DNA of 64,000 nt from Callorhinchus milii (Eukaryota): assembly GCF_018977255.1 (NCBI RefSeq), contig NW_024704774.1:992001-1056000 (forward strand). Reading direction: 5' to 3'. This document shows positions 1 through 12,800 of this stretch, piece by piece. The number at the start of each line of letters is the position of its first letter. Position 1 is the stretch's first letter. Below the pieces are notes generated by a model that did not search any database, was not told where the DNA came from, and saw nothing but the letters and a program-made list of their open reading frames with translations. The position numbers were made by a program, and so were the translations under genes.

Positions 1-132
1 CAGGACCACTGCTGTCCTGACAGACTGTCTGTCGGACATCAAGTCTTGGATGAGGGCAAATTTCCTACAGTTGAATGTGAACAAGACTGAGGCCCTCCTG
101 ATTGGCTATACAAATGCAATCTTGTTGTTGTT
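1..132 (+). mobile_element. L2-clade LINE fragment: internally deleted 3' part of ORF2 joined to the terminal (TTG)n tail
   Basis: 1-107 closely resembles 525-630 (RT C-terminal region, '[16 protein letters not shown]') and jumps at 105-110 directly to the L2 terminus ATACAAATGCAATCTTGTTGTTGTT. Confidence 0.75.
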
Positions 133-1382
133 TCCGTGCAGCACAGCACAGAAACAGCCTTGGTCAATGTGACAAATGACGTTGTATCCATCTGTGACCA
201 GGGCTCACCCTATCTCCTTGTCCTCTCTGCTTTCTTCAACACTGTTGACAATTCTATCTTCTCAACTCAACCTTCATGGTTCTGTCCTTGGTTGGTTCAG
301 ATCCTACCTTTCACACCGTCTCCATTTTGTCTCCACAAAGGGCCTCTTCTCTAGCTGCTGCATCGTCTCATGCGGCATTCCTCAGGGCTCTGTCCTTGGG
401 TCCCCTCCTCTTCGATATCTATACGCTCTCTCTTGGTGACATCATCCACAGACATGGGGTCAACTTCCACATGTATGCAGATGACACCCAACTGTACCTC
501 TCTGCCTCCATCCTCGACTCCAGACCCACTGCTGTCCTGACAGAATATCTGTCAGACATCAAATCCTGGATGAGAGCTAACTTCCTCCAGTTGAACTTCA
601 ATGAGTCCAAGACTCTCTTGATTGGCTCTCATTAATGCCTCCACAACTCAGACATTGGCAGCATCACCATCGAAGGATGCCCACTCCACCTCACTAAGCC
701 AGTCCAGAACCTTGGTGTCTTGTTTGACCCTAAACTATCCTTTCTAGCCCACATCCGTGCCATGCCCACTCTGCCTTCCCCCACCTCCGCAACATCGCCC
801 AGCTCCACCGCTGTCTCACCCTCAGGCTGCCGAAACCTTCATTCACGCATTCTTCACATCTAGGCTTGACTACGCCAACTCCCTGCTTGTCAACCTTCCC
901 AATTCTTCCCTCCACAAGCTGCAGATCATCCAGAACTCTGCAGCTCATATCTCTCCCGCACCAGGCACCATGACCCGATCACCCCCACCCTCGCCCGGCT
1001 TCACTGGCTCTCCATCCCCCAGAGGATAGAGTTCAAAATCCTCGTCAAGGCCTCTGCTGCCTTGCTCTTCTTACCTGTGTGATCTGCTAACCCCATATCA
1101 ACCTGCCCCACATCCCCCGCCTGGCCTTCCCCACCATCAATAGTTGGGGTTTCAGGCTCTCTCCCCCCACCCTGTGGAACTCCATCACACAGTTCATTCA
1201 CCTCACTCCCTCCCTTGGCTTTTTCAAGGCATGTCTTCTCTTTGACCGCACCCTCCTACCCTTCTCTCTATGCCTTCCACTCCCCCTGATCCCAACCCTC
1301 TGTTTGGGTCCAAATCACTGACTGTCCAGCGTCTTTAGGATGTCCTCCTGACTTAAAGGTGCTATACAAATAACAACAACAA
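133..1382 (+). mobile_element. 5'-truncated, frameshifted L2-clade LINE (ORF2 reverse transcriptase C-terminal half plus 3' UTR)
   Basis: RT motifs split over frames: [56 protein letters not shown]. Ends in an L2-type tail ...GGTGCTATACAAATAACAACAACAA. Confidence 0.9.
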
Positions 1383-3109
1383 ATTACAAATGCAATTTAT
1401 TGCTATGCCCTTCTATAATAACACATCTGTTAATTGCACTCCTCTATCTTTTCCCTATACCCTTTTATTTTTCCTCTTCAGATATCTGTTTAATACCCTT
1501 TTAAAAGCTATTGTGCTTTTAAAAGGATTCTGTTTCAGTGTTTGGTACAGAACATTCCAGGTCCTAAATACCTTCCGTTTTCTATAGTACATGGTATATT
1601 TATATTAATAATTTTCTCTATTCGGCATCTACAGAAACGACAGATATTGTGCTCAATAAACACTTCCATTTATTTCGAACTAAATAAATATTCTGAGCAA
1701 AGTACTGGTACACTGATCTGACCCATGTCCGATTCCACGGTTGCTGTGAGTTTGATTTTTCAAATCTCTCCAAATACTTCATGCAGTAAGAGTCGGAATA
1801 GCGATTATCCAGAGGGGATTGAAGGGAACCCCTCTGGTGGATAAATTGAGAGTTCCCCCCAAATCAATTAACACAAACTTCAAACAGAATTTTGCTTCTG
1901 CATGGTGTAGATAATGGAAGCTTCCTTTGCTTGGAATAGGTTGTGTGTGGCTTGTGTGGCAGGAGATGCTGAGGTCAGCAGTTTAATCATTCTCAGGTCC
2001 TGGTTCAGTAAGATCAGGATGTGTTCATTATTACCACTACTGACAGTTTCTTGAGAGGGGCCATTTTTGCTATTGCTAATAGTTACTTTGTATTTCCACA
2101 CACACGCTAATCATCGGTACAGATAGTTTACAAGACAAAACATATTTTTTGGTGAATATCAGGAGAGTGAACAGTTGGGGTGCAGATGCTAAAAGATTCG
2201 ACTTATACATACAGAAAGCCTAAAATTCCTCCAAGTCTTTGCTTGAAGGCCCATTTTATCCAAAAATCTAAGGTAGCAAGGATTTTCAGAAAACTCCAAA
2301 ATTGCTTCTGCTTAATTTGGAAACTGGTTTTCCACAGTTCTTAATAACAAATCCCTTTAAAACTGCTGCTTAGCTCCTCACGTGGCCTGGTAGGTATAGG
2401 CACTGCCAGGTAGTTCAGCATTAATCCACACACGAAAGGTTGAACCTGGTCTATGCTGAATTAGCCAATCAATTGATACACTAAATTGACTTGATGCCCC
2501 TGGATCATGGAGGGGGGGGAAGGGGATGAGACAGGGTTTCTGCTGCTGTTCACTATCCCAAGTTCTGTGTTGGAAAATGCACACATGGGAAAAAAAAGGT
2601 GAGAATAGGATACTTTCATTGCTAAATAGTTGTTTGATACTCAACTTGGAACTGGAAGGCACCCTCATCCAATAAACTGAATACTGATAGGACAACTGAT
2701 TATGTAATTGATATATCATATATTTGCCAATCTCTTTGTAAATTGATCGACAACTAGGCAATTAGGGAGCAAAGTTTTGCAAAACAAAATACTTTTTTTA
2801 ATAAAAGATTGACTCAACAAAAACTAGAACCAATGTCAAAATACAACTGTCAAAGAGCAGAGGGTGCAGAAGATTGCTGGGGACTGGAATTGGTGCTACA
2901 GTGCTTCTTGTACTTGGAAGAATTGTTGTACTTGGAAGCAACACTAAGCCTGAGATTCTACTTATACAACATACATTTTGTTCCTGAGATATCACCAAGC
3001 ATTTACAAAAATATACAGGGCAATCCCTTTACAACACAATCACCTAGATCCAATGTCCCACATTATAAAGAGGCATAATAAAATGGTTGACTTCAGAGTT
3101 CTCAAGTCA

Positions 3110-3245
3110 TCACTAATTTTAGCTCCTGCGCATTGCACATTATCGCAAAGAAATGTTCATTACTAGTTGGGCTTCCTGCACATAGCACAAACAGTGCTTC
3201 CTGGCATTTCATGCATGTGCAGAGCGCAGGAAGTAACATTAGTGA
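3110..3245. repeat. Imperfect ~31-bp inverted repeat (MITE-like remnant)
   Basis: TCACTAAT..TCCTGCGC..GCACAT (3110-3140) is the reverse complement of ATGTGC..GCGCAGGA..ATTAGTGA (3215-3245), with about 6 mismatches. Confidence 0.6.
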
Positions 3246-3639
3246 CACTCCCTGAACACAGTACACACAAGCTCTGATTCACAGTGAACGACATTAGTGG
3301 TGATCAGACAACCTGGAAATTGGCCATTTTTCACAATGACTGGATTTGGATAGCTTCATTTGAATTTTTAGCTAAGACATGCCAGGTTCAGCATCTAAAT
3401 CATATTAAAAGTGAAGCGATACTATAGTGTGGCTTCAGTACACAGGGTTGGTATTAAAAAATACCATAGCTAATGACACAGTATGAGGGCTTTTTCAGTG
3501 TAGTTATTGGAAAAAACTTAATTATTTAAAACAGAGCATAGACAGGGAAGGAACAATGCTACTGTATGTCACTAAATGTAGAAGTCAGAGGTTTGCATTC
3601 AGTTACATGAATAAAAATAGTTAAATTGATAGTTAACAC

Positions 3640-3770
3640 CCACAAAATATACAGTCAACTAACTTTACAGTATATCCTGTGAAGCGCTTTGAGACATCTC
3701 AAAGACGTGACAAGGCGCTATATCAAATGTAAGGATTATTATCATCAATATTATTATTACTATTAACACC
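3640..3770 (+). mobile_element. 3' fragment of the Deu-core/L2-tail tRNA SINE
   Basis: Matches the 3' end of the full copies: TACAGTCAA..CTGTGAAGCGCTTTGAGACATCTC..GGCGCTATATCAAATG..GGATTATT. Confidence 0.8.
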
Positions 3771-4184
3771 TAAAAACACAACTTTAAGTCATGATGCACA
3801 CATTTCAAGCTCAAGTGAGTTTTTTTTAATTAAGCAAAAATAGCAAAGCTGGTGTAGCTAATAACTTTAAAATGAAAACCAACTTGAACACACGTTGAAT
3901 GGTACCTGATTCCATGGATGTAATCAGAAGAAAAGCCATGCAGCTGTAATAACATCCCTTATAAGAACAGTAGAACTCACTTTAGTCATATCGGTCAGGA
4001 CCATAACATTGAATATGATTTATGGGCAAACTTGTATAAATCATATAAATCCAATTTAATCAATAAGCTACACTTCACATGGTAATTCAATGTGTCTGGA
4101 AGTGCACATGTGGCTGCACTGAATTGCAGTAAATGTAGTTTTGACCCGTTGCCATATGCCTGCTTACCAACAAGTATTGGAATC

Positions 4185-4260
4185 GCATTGAATCGCGGGG
4201 AATGAAGTTTTTCTGCAGATGCGGCAACGAGTCAAGACTAGTTTCCCCTCGATTCAATGC
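4185..4260. repeat. 18-bp near-perfect inverted repeat with 40-nt spacer
   Basis: GCATTGAATCGCGGGGAA (4185-4202) versus TTCCCCTCGATTCAATGC (4243-4260): 17/18 complementary. Confidence 0.8.
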
Positions 4261-5262
4261 AGCCAGATGATAACTATGCATGCGTTGAAAGGTAGGACGT
4301 AAGTAATGGATGATAGGAAAGCGGCATTACAAGTTAGAGGAGATGATTAATACGAATAGTGCAAAGAAATCTAAGTGGTTTTGATAGGAAACTGAATGGG
4401 ACTCGGATGCATCTACGACTTAGGCAATCATACAAATTAAAAAAGATAAGATTTATGCTCGTTTTACGGTACTATCAAAGATCAATGGGGAAAATGTTCT
4501 GTAGCAGTGGTATATTTACAAATGCTCATTGGAATTAACTGAGAAGATGATAAGCAGATAAGCAGTGATTAACAAATTCCCATTAGTTTACATTTTCTTT
4601 CTCTATGTTTTACTGATTGGAAAACATGTTTCCAATTGCAGTACTTCACTCTACATTTCAAGAATGGATTAAACTTGTATATTCATTCTACGATTGTCAA
4701 AGATTCATTTTTACATTCTCATCTTGAACTCAAGTTCTGAATTAATTGAATCAACTTCCTCAAATCAACTAGAGTGAAACTGTAATGTTCTGGCTGTAAC
4801 TTGAATTAACATTTACTGAAAAATGCAGAGGAGGATTGAAATGTCATGCACAACTCTTTGTCTGAAAGCTTCCTGTGGCAATTTATCTTGTGAATTAACA
4901 GCTCTGATCGTTTGAAACGGGGCTTAGGAGTACACACACCTCAAATTTAGGGGATTTAGGCAACATGGTAGAGAGTGGAGGGAACAGCCTTTTTTGCTCC
5001 AGATATAGAGCAAGACGGATGTAGATATAGTTATGTTCCAAGTTACCCCCAGCATTCACTCATTCATTCTGTGACATCATACAATGTTAAACCCCAGTGG
5101 TCTATTTATAATAGCAAATTGTAGTCAAGTTGTTAAGAGTAAGGAAGGAAAAGGATAACTCATCTTTCATTAGTACTATAAACCATTATGAATATAAAGA
5201 TAAAGCTCACCGTAGAATAGAATTGAAATTTATATTAGATTTGAATAATAGCAATAGTAGTA

Positions 5263-5472
5263 TCCCCCAATCACTCCGCCTCGCCGCCTCCTTAGCCTCC
5301 TTCATGTCCCGCCTCAAAACCCTCCTCTTCGACCATGCCATCGGTCACCCCCCTTTCCCTCCCCCCTCCCCCCGACCTCAGCTCGGGTCCAAAATGCTGT
5401 ACATTGTCCAGCGCCTTGGGACGTCCTCCCGACATGAAAGGCGCTATACAAATGTAATCTTGTTGTTGTTGT
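5263..5472 (+). mobile_element. L2 LINE 3' end
   Basis: CTTCATGTCCCGCCTCAAAACCCTCCTCTTCGACC...GCGCCTTGGGACGTCCTCCCGACATGAAAGGCGCTATACAAATG followed by (TTG)n. Confidence 0.85.
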
Positions 5473-5583
5473 AATAGTAGAATTAGATTTGAATAATAAA
5501 GTAACTATAATCTAATTAAGGATTCATTAATTTGAACCACCTTCACAACAAAATAGAGGCTTACTGTTGGGAGAAGATCCATA

Positions 5584-6989
5584 TGCAGGATATAGAAAAG
5601 TCACAAAATGCTTCCCATACTTTGTACCACCACCTCTTCTAACAATGGAAACAAACTTTCACATTTTCTTTAAAAAACTATGAAAAAAATCTCCAGAGGT
5701 TGAACTATTGTCTACTCCAATGTCTGTAAGGGTTTCTTCTATTTTTACCTAGAATTTGATCTCAAAGGGTTGACGTGACTCAACAAAACTGATATTCTCG
5801 CTCCATCGAGAAAATCTTTAATGTATCAATTCAACAAAGAGGCCATAACAAAAGTCTTAAGTTTTAATAATAATAATAATCATTGCATTTGATATAGCGC
5901 TTTTCACGTCGGGAGGACGTCCCAAAGCGCTTCACAGAAACACACTGTAAAGTGAATTGACTGTGTATTTGTGGGCGAATGCGGCAGCCAATTGCGCACA
6001 GCAATGTCCCACAAACAGTCGTAGATTGAAAATGACCAATTTATTATTGTTTTTGGTTTTGGAGGGATTATTATTATTAGGTGTGTGGAGTAAAGAAACT
6101 TGCCCAAGGTTTCGCCCTGCCTGGAATTGAACTCGGGTCTCTCGCTTGCAAAGCGAGTGCTCTAACCACTGAGCTACAGGACTCCACGATTTAATACTGA
6201 ACTTAAGTAATAGTCTGAGAAGATTCAAAGATTCAAAGATTCACATTTTGATATCTATAAGCAAGTTCCAGTCTGCACAATTGCTAAAGTCAGTGCCTAA
6301 TGTAAACCGAGCTATGCAAACCTAGGTGGATTTAGGGTTCAAACCCTGGTCAAATGCTGAGTTACCAAATTCCAATTTAAGTTGCAATTAATTTCTGATC
6401 TCCTGGGTTACACATCGGACTACCCAAAAAAGGAAACATAGTGAAGTAGAGCCAATATCATTTGCACGACTGCGTTTATACTGCATCAATCATTTTAGCT
6501 TGTACAATACTTTAATTCAAAACTTTATCCACCACTTGTACAGCAGGGCTTGCGTCTACTCTGGAGGTAAGTGATACTGGTCACCTTTCTCTGGTCACAA
6601 AACAAACATTTGGCAGCTAAGTCAATCCCTTAAATTGTTCTGAAAGTCTGGTTAGTTTTAACAGGATTGACGAATCAAAGAAATCAAGGTGAATTTTTAG
6701 GTTTCAGCATTTCAAATCCTTGTAAAAACAGAAGTACAGCTCATCTGGCTTTGTTGCTGAAGGAGTCACTTGCAATAGAAATTAATAGTTTGTAATAATT
6801 TTGCTTTTGAATCACATCAAACTACTGAAGTGCATTGCATAAAATTATGAGTGTTATAACGGCTGCAGGATATAGAAACGTCACAAAATGCTTCCCATAT
6901 TTTGTATCACCACCTCTTCTAACAATGGAAACAAACTTTCACATTTTCTTTAAAAAACAATGAACAAAATCTTCAGAGTTTGAACTATG
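5584..6989 (+). repeat. ~125-bp dispersed direct repeat pair (5584-5709 and 6864-6989)
   Basis: Both copies read TGCAGGATATAGAAA.GTCACAAAATGCTTCCCATA.TTTGTA.CACCACCTCTTCTAACAATGGAAACAAACTTTCACATTTTCTTTAAAAAAC...TGAACTAT; about 90% identical. Confidence 0.9.
5864..6187 (-). mobile_element. Full-length tRNA-derived SINE, short form (tRNA-Ala(TGC)-like head, Deu-type core, L2-type tail, (ATT)n)
   Basis: Minus strand GTGGAGTCCTGTAGCTCAGTGGTTAGAGCACTCGCTTTGCAAGCGAGAGACCCGAGTTCAATTCC carries Pol III A and B boxes. Core TTTGTGGGACATTGCTGTGCGCAATTGGCTGCCGC; tail shared with the L2 copies; TTTAATA on both flanks. Confidence 0.92.
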
Positions 6990-8229
6990 GCTGGCTATCA
7001 AGTGAATGACCAATTTTATCTGGAGGATTGTTGGCTCGGACACTGGGAGTGATAGTGTAACCCTTTTACTGAATATGAACAATTTTCAAGAATACAAATA
7101 AGGTAATACAGATCCCAGTCTAACATAAACCTAACCTGGAGACGAACAAGATAACCAAGTGGAGTGACGCTGCTGTGCAATGGGAGAAAAGTATTAAAAT
7201 AATACAGGGTTATTTACCTTTCCATAAATTATATGGTGTTTATTGGTAAAAAAAATTAAGGTAGGTCTTAGGATGAGCACCAACAGCATTGAAAATAAGT
7301 ATAGATGAGGAACAGTGTTCATATTTAGATCACACTTTCTCCTTAACAATATTAAGCAAGATTTCTTTGATGTATCCTCTCAAATGAAACATGAAACCGG
7401 AGAGTAATGTTATCTTTGCACAAAATTCTGCAGATTAGGATTTGTCTGCACCCCACACATTTAAAAGCAGATTGAAAACAGAAAAATATTAATTCACAAA
7501 AGAGGCAGCAGACGCCAAATTGTAGTTTTACACTTAGGTGTAAGATCAATTACACCAAGAGAGAGCAGAATATAGGCTTGATGCATGCCATGACTTTTCA
7601 ATGGAAACCAGAAGGTTGAGTATAGCATTATATCATCTGTGCAGAATGATTTTTTTGCTACAGATCAGCAACCTATATGCCCATATTTGTCTTTTACATG
7701 TTGACACCTAAGGGCTCTATCTTTACAACAAACAACAATAATATTGTCAGCTTGAGGGTTTCTTAACTATGTCTTAATCTTTCTGGTTACGGTTTTGGCA
7801 TCTCATAATTAAAATGTATGGTTGGGTGATTCAAGGAATTTTTTGTGGCTGAAATTCCTCTTATGTGGCAGTTTGGAGCTAAATTGAATTCACTTAATAT
7901 GAGTGCACTGAAATGTTCAAAAAGTGGTTGTACCACTTTTTGCTTATTTGCAAATTAGATCAAATATCCTGAAATGCAAGACATCTCATAGTTGTACAGG
8001 TTTGTTTTCCCCATTTGACAAACGCTGCAGTTTTGTTTAGTGGAAGAAAGTCCTGTATCATATTAATTTTTAAAATTCCCTTTTCATTTAATTTTTGGGC
8101 ATCTTGGGGTGTATTGTAGTAATCTAGGCAAGAAAAAACTAAAAAGGGAAATGTTAAGACTTTAATAAACATTCACTCTCACCCAGCTCCCCAATAGCTT
8201 GCATTGGTAAAACTGCTTTTCAGTGTGTA

Positions 8230-8495
8230 ACTGAGATGAATCCCTAAGCTAGGTATAACACTGCAATTGGTGGTTTCTACAGTGGTCCAAGATTGGGGAG
8301 ACAAAAAAAAATGCCTATGTATGACAGGAATAAGAAGGGGTGTGATACCCTCCATGGTTGAACTCCATACTTGCCAACACTCACTGCTAAGATTTACAAA
8401 TCCAAGAATTTCCATTTGGCCAAGGCAGTAGACAAACAGTAAACTAACCTTAATCTAACATTCAGACTGGGGGAGGGGGAAGAGGAGAAAACTAA
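8230..8495 (+). mobile_element. Degenerate ancient SINE remnant (resembles the AmnSINE2/MER131 type)
   Basis: GACAGGAAT..GGTGTGATACCCTCCATGGTTGAA..TGCCAACACTCACTG..AAGAAT..CCATTTGG resembles the recalled consensus; related sequence at 42640-42955 and 56510-56930. Confidence 0.45.
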
Positions 8496-9682
8496 ATGGA
8501 AAATAAGAATAGTCTAAAAGGTAATGCAAGTCCCACTTCCTGCAGATGTTTATGATTTGCAAGCTTGAGGATACAAGTTAGACTATGGTGCAACCAGTCT
8601 TCTGATGGCTAGACAACGGACACAAAAATCATACTTTTGGAGACAAATTACAGACAACCACAAGAAAAGCCTTCACTGACCATACATTTCCATTAGTCTG
8701 CCTCAGAATGAATATGAGCAGATGACGCCAATGGAAAAATGTTTGGAACAAAGCGGGTCTTAAATCACCAACCCAGTTGTCAGAATCTGGGCAGTATAAC
8801 TGCAAAGGCCTGACTTTATTAATTTGGTACTTAACTAATCTTTTTCATTGGTTGTTATTTACATAAGGGCAACAGTATTATCCATTGTACACATGTGGTT
8901 ATTCATGGCAAATAATAGGTCAGGTGTCTTTCACATTATTTTTTCGAAGTAATCGCCACCTTAATATTTCATCATGGAGATCATTTAAGATTTACTGCAT
9001 CAGTTGCAGAAGAATAATACTCTGGTGAAAACTTTATGCAAAACAAGTTTTCTTTAATTAAGTGGTGCATCATTTATCAGGCATTTACTGAAAGTCACCA
9101 CCAAGATTGGAATGAAAGTCACACAAATCAAATAAACCTTTACTTTGCTGTGAAAGAAATTAACTACTGAACCGTTTGAACTCTATTTAGATGTTTTAGC
9201 AGTGTGAGTTTCCTCTCTGCTTTGACAGATACTTCACTGCAGTCTCCTACAAGGAGAGTTCTCCATAGAAATGTACACACATCCATTTCAGTACTGAAAA
9301 CTTTGCCCAAACATTGCTGTTGTCATTACTTGAGCAGTACTATGATGTGCCAATGCAAAGCATGGATATATAGTTACATAGCACAATTCACACGATACCT
9401 ACCACTAATTTGTTCTCTCTACTTCTCCATCCAATGTTGCCCTTCTGAACAAGTTCATTATGGTCTCATGTGCCTCAGTTATTGGAGCTGTGCTGGTTCC
9501 ACACTGCTTGTGCGCTAATCTTGCCTCTCAACGTAGGGAGTGTTGGCCATGAGACTAAGATAATGTATACTGCATTCATTCTGTTATCTTCACGTTCATT
9601 CACTGCTATTTTCACACTTATGTTTCACTACTTCTACATTATTGCTAAAATTTGTCTGCTCAGCACATAAACCATTACCTGC

Positions 9683-9849
9683 AGAAAGTGATCCACCAAT
9701 TGGCAAACAACCGAGTTCCTACTTACTGCTAGCTAAACAGCGACATTTGGAGTAAGGATATTTGGCTAAGGTTTTGCCCTGCCTGGGAATCAAATCTGGG
9801 TCATCTTGCTTGCAAGGCGAGCACACTAACCATTGCGCTACTGGACTCC
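9683..9849 (-). mobile_element. 5' part of the tRNA SINE, long form
   Basis: Degenerate head ending GGACTCC at 9849, plus the long-form core AACAACCGAGTTCCTACTTACTGCTAGCT. Confidence 0.75.
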
Positions 9850-12800
9850 TACCAATAGGAGTCATTAAGTGTGTCATTATTGACTGGTACTTTCCTTCAT
9901 TTTAATAGCATTGTTCTCAGAAAAGTAATCTGAGAACAGAAATGCTGGGAGGTGAGGCAACATTGTTAATGTGTCATTATTAATGTTTGACAAGAAGCTA
10001 AGCTCCCCATTTCTTTTTCAAAAAGAATGTTGGGCCCCTTTAATTGTTTTGGTTGTGAGATGCTCAGCAGTTATGTTAGAAGCCTCTTTTCCGTAGCAAC
10101 AATTCACAGTTCTCACTTTATATGGCAGTAAATAGTTGCAAAATAATAAACCAAGTCAACATGTAACCAACCACCATTGAGTCATACATAGCCTTTTTTT
10201 TTCAAATAAACACTTCTTAAGAGTTGTACAATCACAAGTGTGAATATTCCAGGTAACCAAAGTTGGGTATTTCAGAATTACACAGTAAAGGAAGATAGTA
10301 TTTGAAAAAAAAACAGCTTTTTGTAATATTAAAGGTACCTTTCGTTTAAGAGGGAAAGACAACCATTCTCCACACTCCTCCACCCACATGCTAAGTCGTG
10401 AAAGTGTGGTCTCTCCCCTACCTTTTCTCCACACCAGATGGTTCTTTGGGCAAAATAATTTAGTAACATGTTGTAACCTCATGAAATAGCAGGTGGCATG
10501 CGGAAGCAAGCGTGTGCTTTGTGTGTGTGTGCCACTATCCTAAGTTATTATAAATCTTAGCATATCCAGACGACCATTCATGGTTTTTTGGAGGGTGAGG
10601 AATCGCAATGAGTTCCTGTTTTCCCAAGTTTACATTTTACATGCAATACTTAGAAACTGCTGGTTTCTGCTCACTTTACTAAACACTTTACACAAATTCA
10701 GAAGGGAATTTCAGAATGGTGATTCACTCCCTGATTCACCATCAACCCATGTATGACTCACCGTGGGGGGAAGTCATGTGATCAGAGTGGTGTATGAGAC
10801 TGAACAGGGATTCTTGGCTTTATATAGAAAACTCCTTTCTACAGAAGAAACAAAAGCCTGGTATTAGCTGTCCATGGCTATTCAAGGGTGGGGTCTGAAT
10901 GCCAAATAAAAAAAACTGTAATAGGCTGAGGTTAATCTTAATAGGGGCCCAGTTTAACCTTCTGAATACATCAAAAAAAAGGCCAGAACAGCATCTATCC
11001 CAAGACCATTGCAATCATATGTGTGTTTGTTAGCAGAATTTAAAACAATGGTTCATTTGCAAAGGAAAGGGGCTTTTATTTTTTTTCCTCTTTTTTTAAA
11101 AAAAAGTTACCTCTCGCTTGTCTGTAACCTCTGCTTAGAGATTCAACCCTTCCCCCACCCGAACTATGTTCTACTGCTAGCTTCTTGATAAATAGGAGTA
11201 TCCAATGACCAGGGCAATGGGTGGTCTTAAGGGCTCCAGCCAAGGCTCCACTGTGTTTGGACCAGGCAGATAAGAACAAAATGTTGGCTGGTGTGTGGCT
11301 TGCGATCAGCGATGAACCAGGCTAGTGGCAATCAAGATATATTTTTGATTTTTTTAATGTTAATGTTAAATATCCACATTGAATCTAACCACAAAATTTC
11401 ATCCAAAGCTTCTCAAGGCTGTAGTGCTGGAAATGCTTCTGAAATAATTTAACTCTTTCACCCCAACCCCCCACATACAACAAAGGGAAAGAGAAAACAC
11501 ATGTTGAGGCTTCATCCACAACTACAAGTACCTGATTTTCCTGATCTAGCCTGCAGTTAAAAGGAATTCTCAATCCATTCCTTGAAAAGTAGGGTACTAC
11601 TCAGTCTTTCATATGGGGAGGAGGGGTAATTAGCAAGGGTTAAGTGGCAATTTTGTATTAAATTTCCAGCAGTGTTCTATTTGATACAGACTATAATTGG
11701 CAAATGAAGAAAACAGACCATTAATGGTCCTAGTGGTAGGCAATGAAGTGCCTTGGCCTCCAGGCCATCCCTGGTTTGATCAAGAGGGGTTGCAACCTGA
11801 GCCAGAGGGTGCAAAATGCTTCTTCATTCAGAATTCCTTGAATAGAGGAGGGAAAAGGAAACTATTAAGGAGGCAAGTAAAAACCAGAACCAACAGGCGT
11901 TCCTACCTTATTCTTGAGCTTGTTCCTTAGGTAAATAAACAAAGCAATTATTGGAGCTAACAATCTGCATTCTTCTTATGCACCATCCAAAAGGAAGAAA
12001 GACTTCAATTCAATTAAGTAATATTTTGCAAAAGAATACCAGTTAAGCCAAAGTCACTCTCCTGGAGTTTTAAATCCGAAGTAAAAAAGGTGTAAAGCTT
12101 TAAAAAAACAAAGCTAATAATTTGGACCATCTTACAATTGGCTGATTTTAACCCCCTTTCTTATAATGTAGTCCTGAAGTCAGTTTTATTGCTTGCAGAA
12201 TCAGATGCATTTCCACAGTTTCACATTACTAGAACCACAGATAGAGTGAAAAGCTTTTCTCACACCAATCTATGCAGTAATGGCATCAGACAGACATTTT
12301 GTCACCAATGGACTTGAAAGAGGATCTCAAACTTTGCCCTGTGGTTTAGTACTTGGAAGCACACACCACAGACTGTGAAATGTCTGGATAAAGTTTTTTC
12401 CTATTTGTCCAACTATGTAGCTGAAATCCGTGTTTCATTTGCTTTCGTCATAACCTTCCCGCAATAAATACAACACCCAAAATTACCCTGGCTATTGTGG
12501 CCAGATAGTGAGCAGGGGACAGGATAACCTGCTTGATCCTTCTTCATCTTCTGGTTTCAGAGTGTCACCAATGGTGAAGGCTTGGAAGCAGGTCATTGCT
12601 ATCCTCCTGACGAAGAATAGTTCACACCCGGCGGGCGGAAATGATAGAAAACAAAAGACGTAGAATAACCAAAATAGAGGGAACCTTCCCTCAAAATAAA
12701 TGAAAAGGCGAGAAAGAAAATGGGCAAAAAAAATTCAATAAAAGTTCAAGGATGCTTCCTAAAATATTTTGAAATAGATTGGTCAAGAATCCCATATAAA

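Noticed and set aside
1805-1844. Small imperfect hairpin (CCAGAGGGG/CCCCTCTGG)
   Set aside because: A 9-bp core stem is too short to distinguish from chance.
6120-6187. tRNA-Ala(TGC)-like sequences here and at 45070-45143, 47185-47255, 19820-19885, 9780-9849
   Set aside because: They are SINE heads: no acceptor-stem closure, and each continues into the SINE core and tail.
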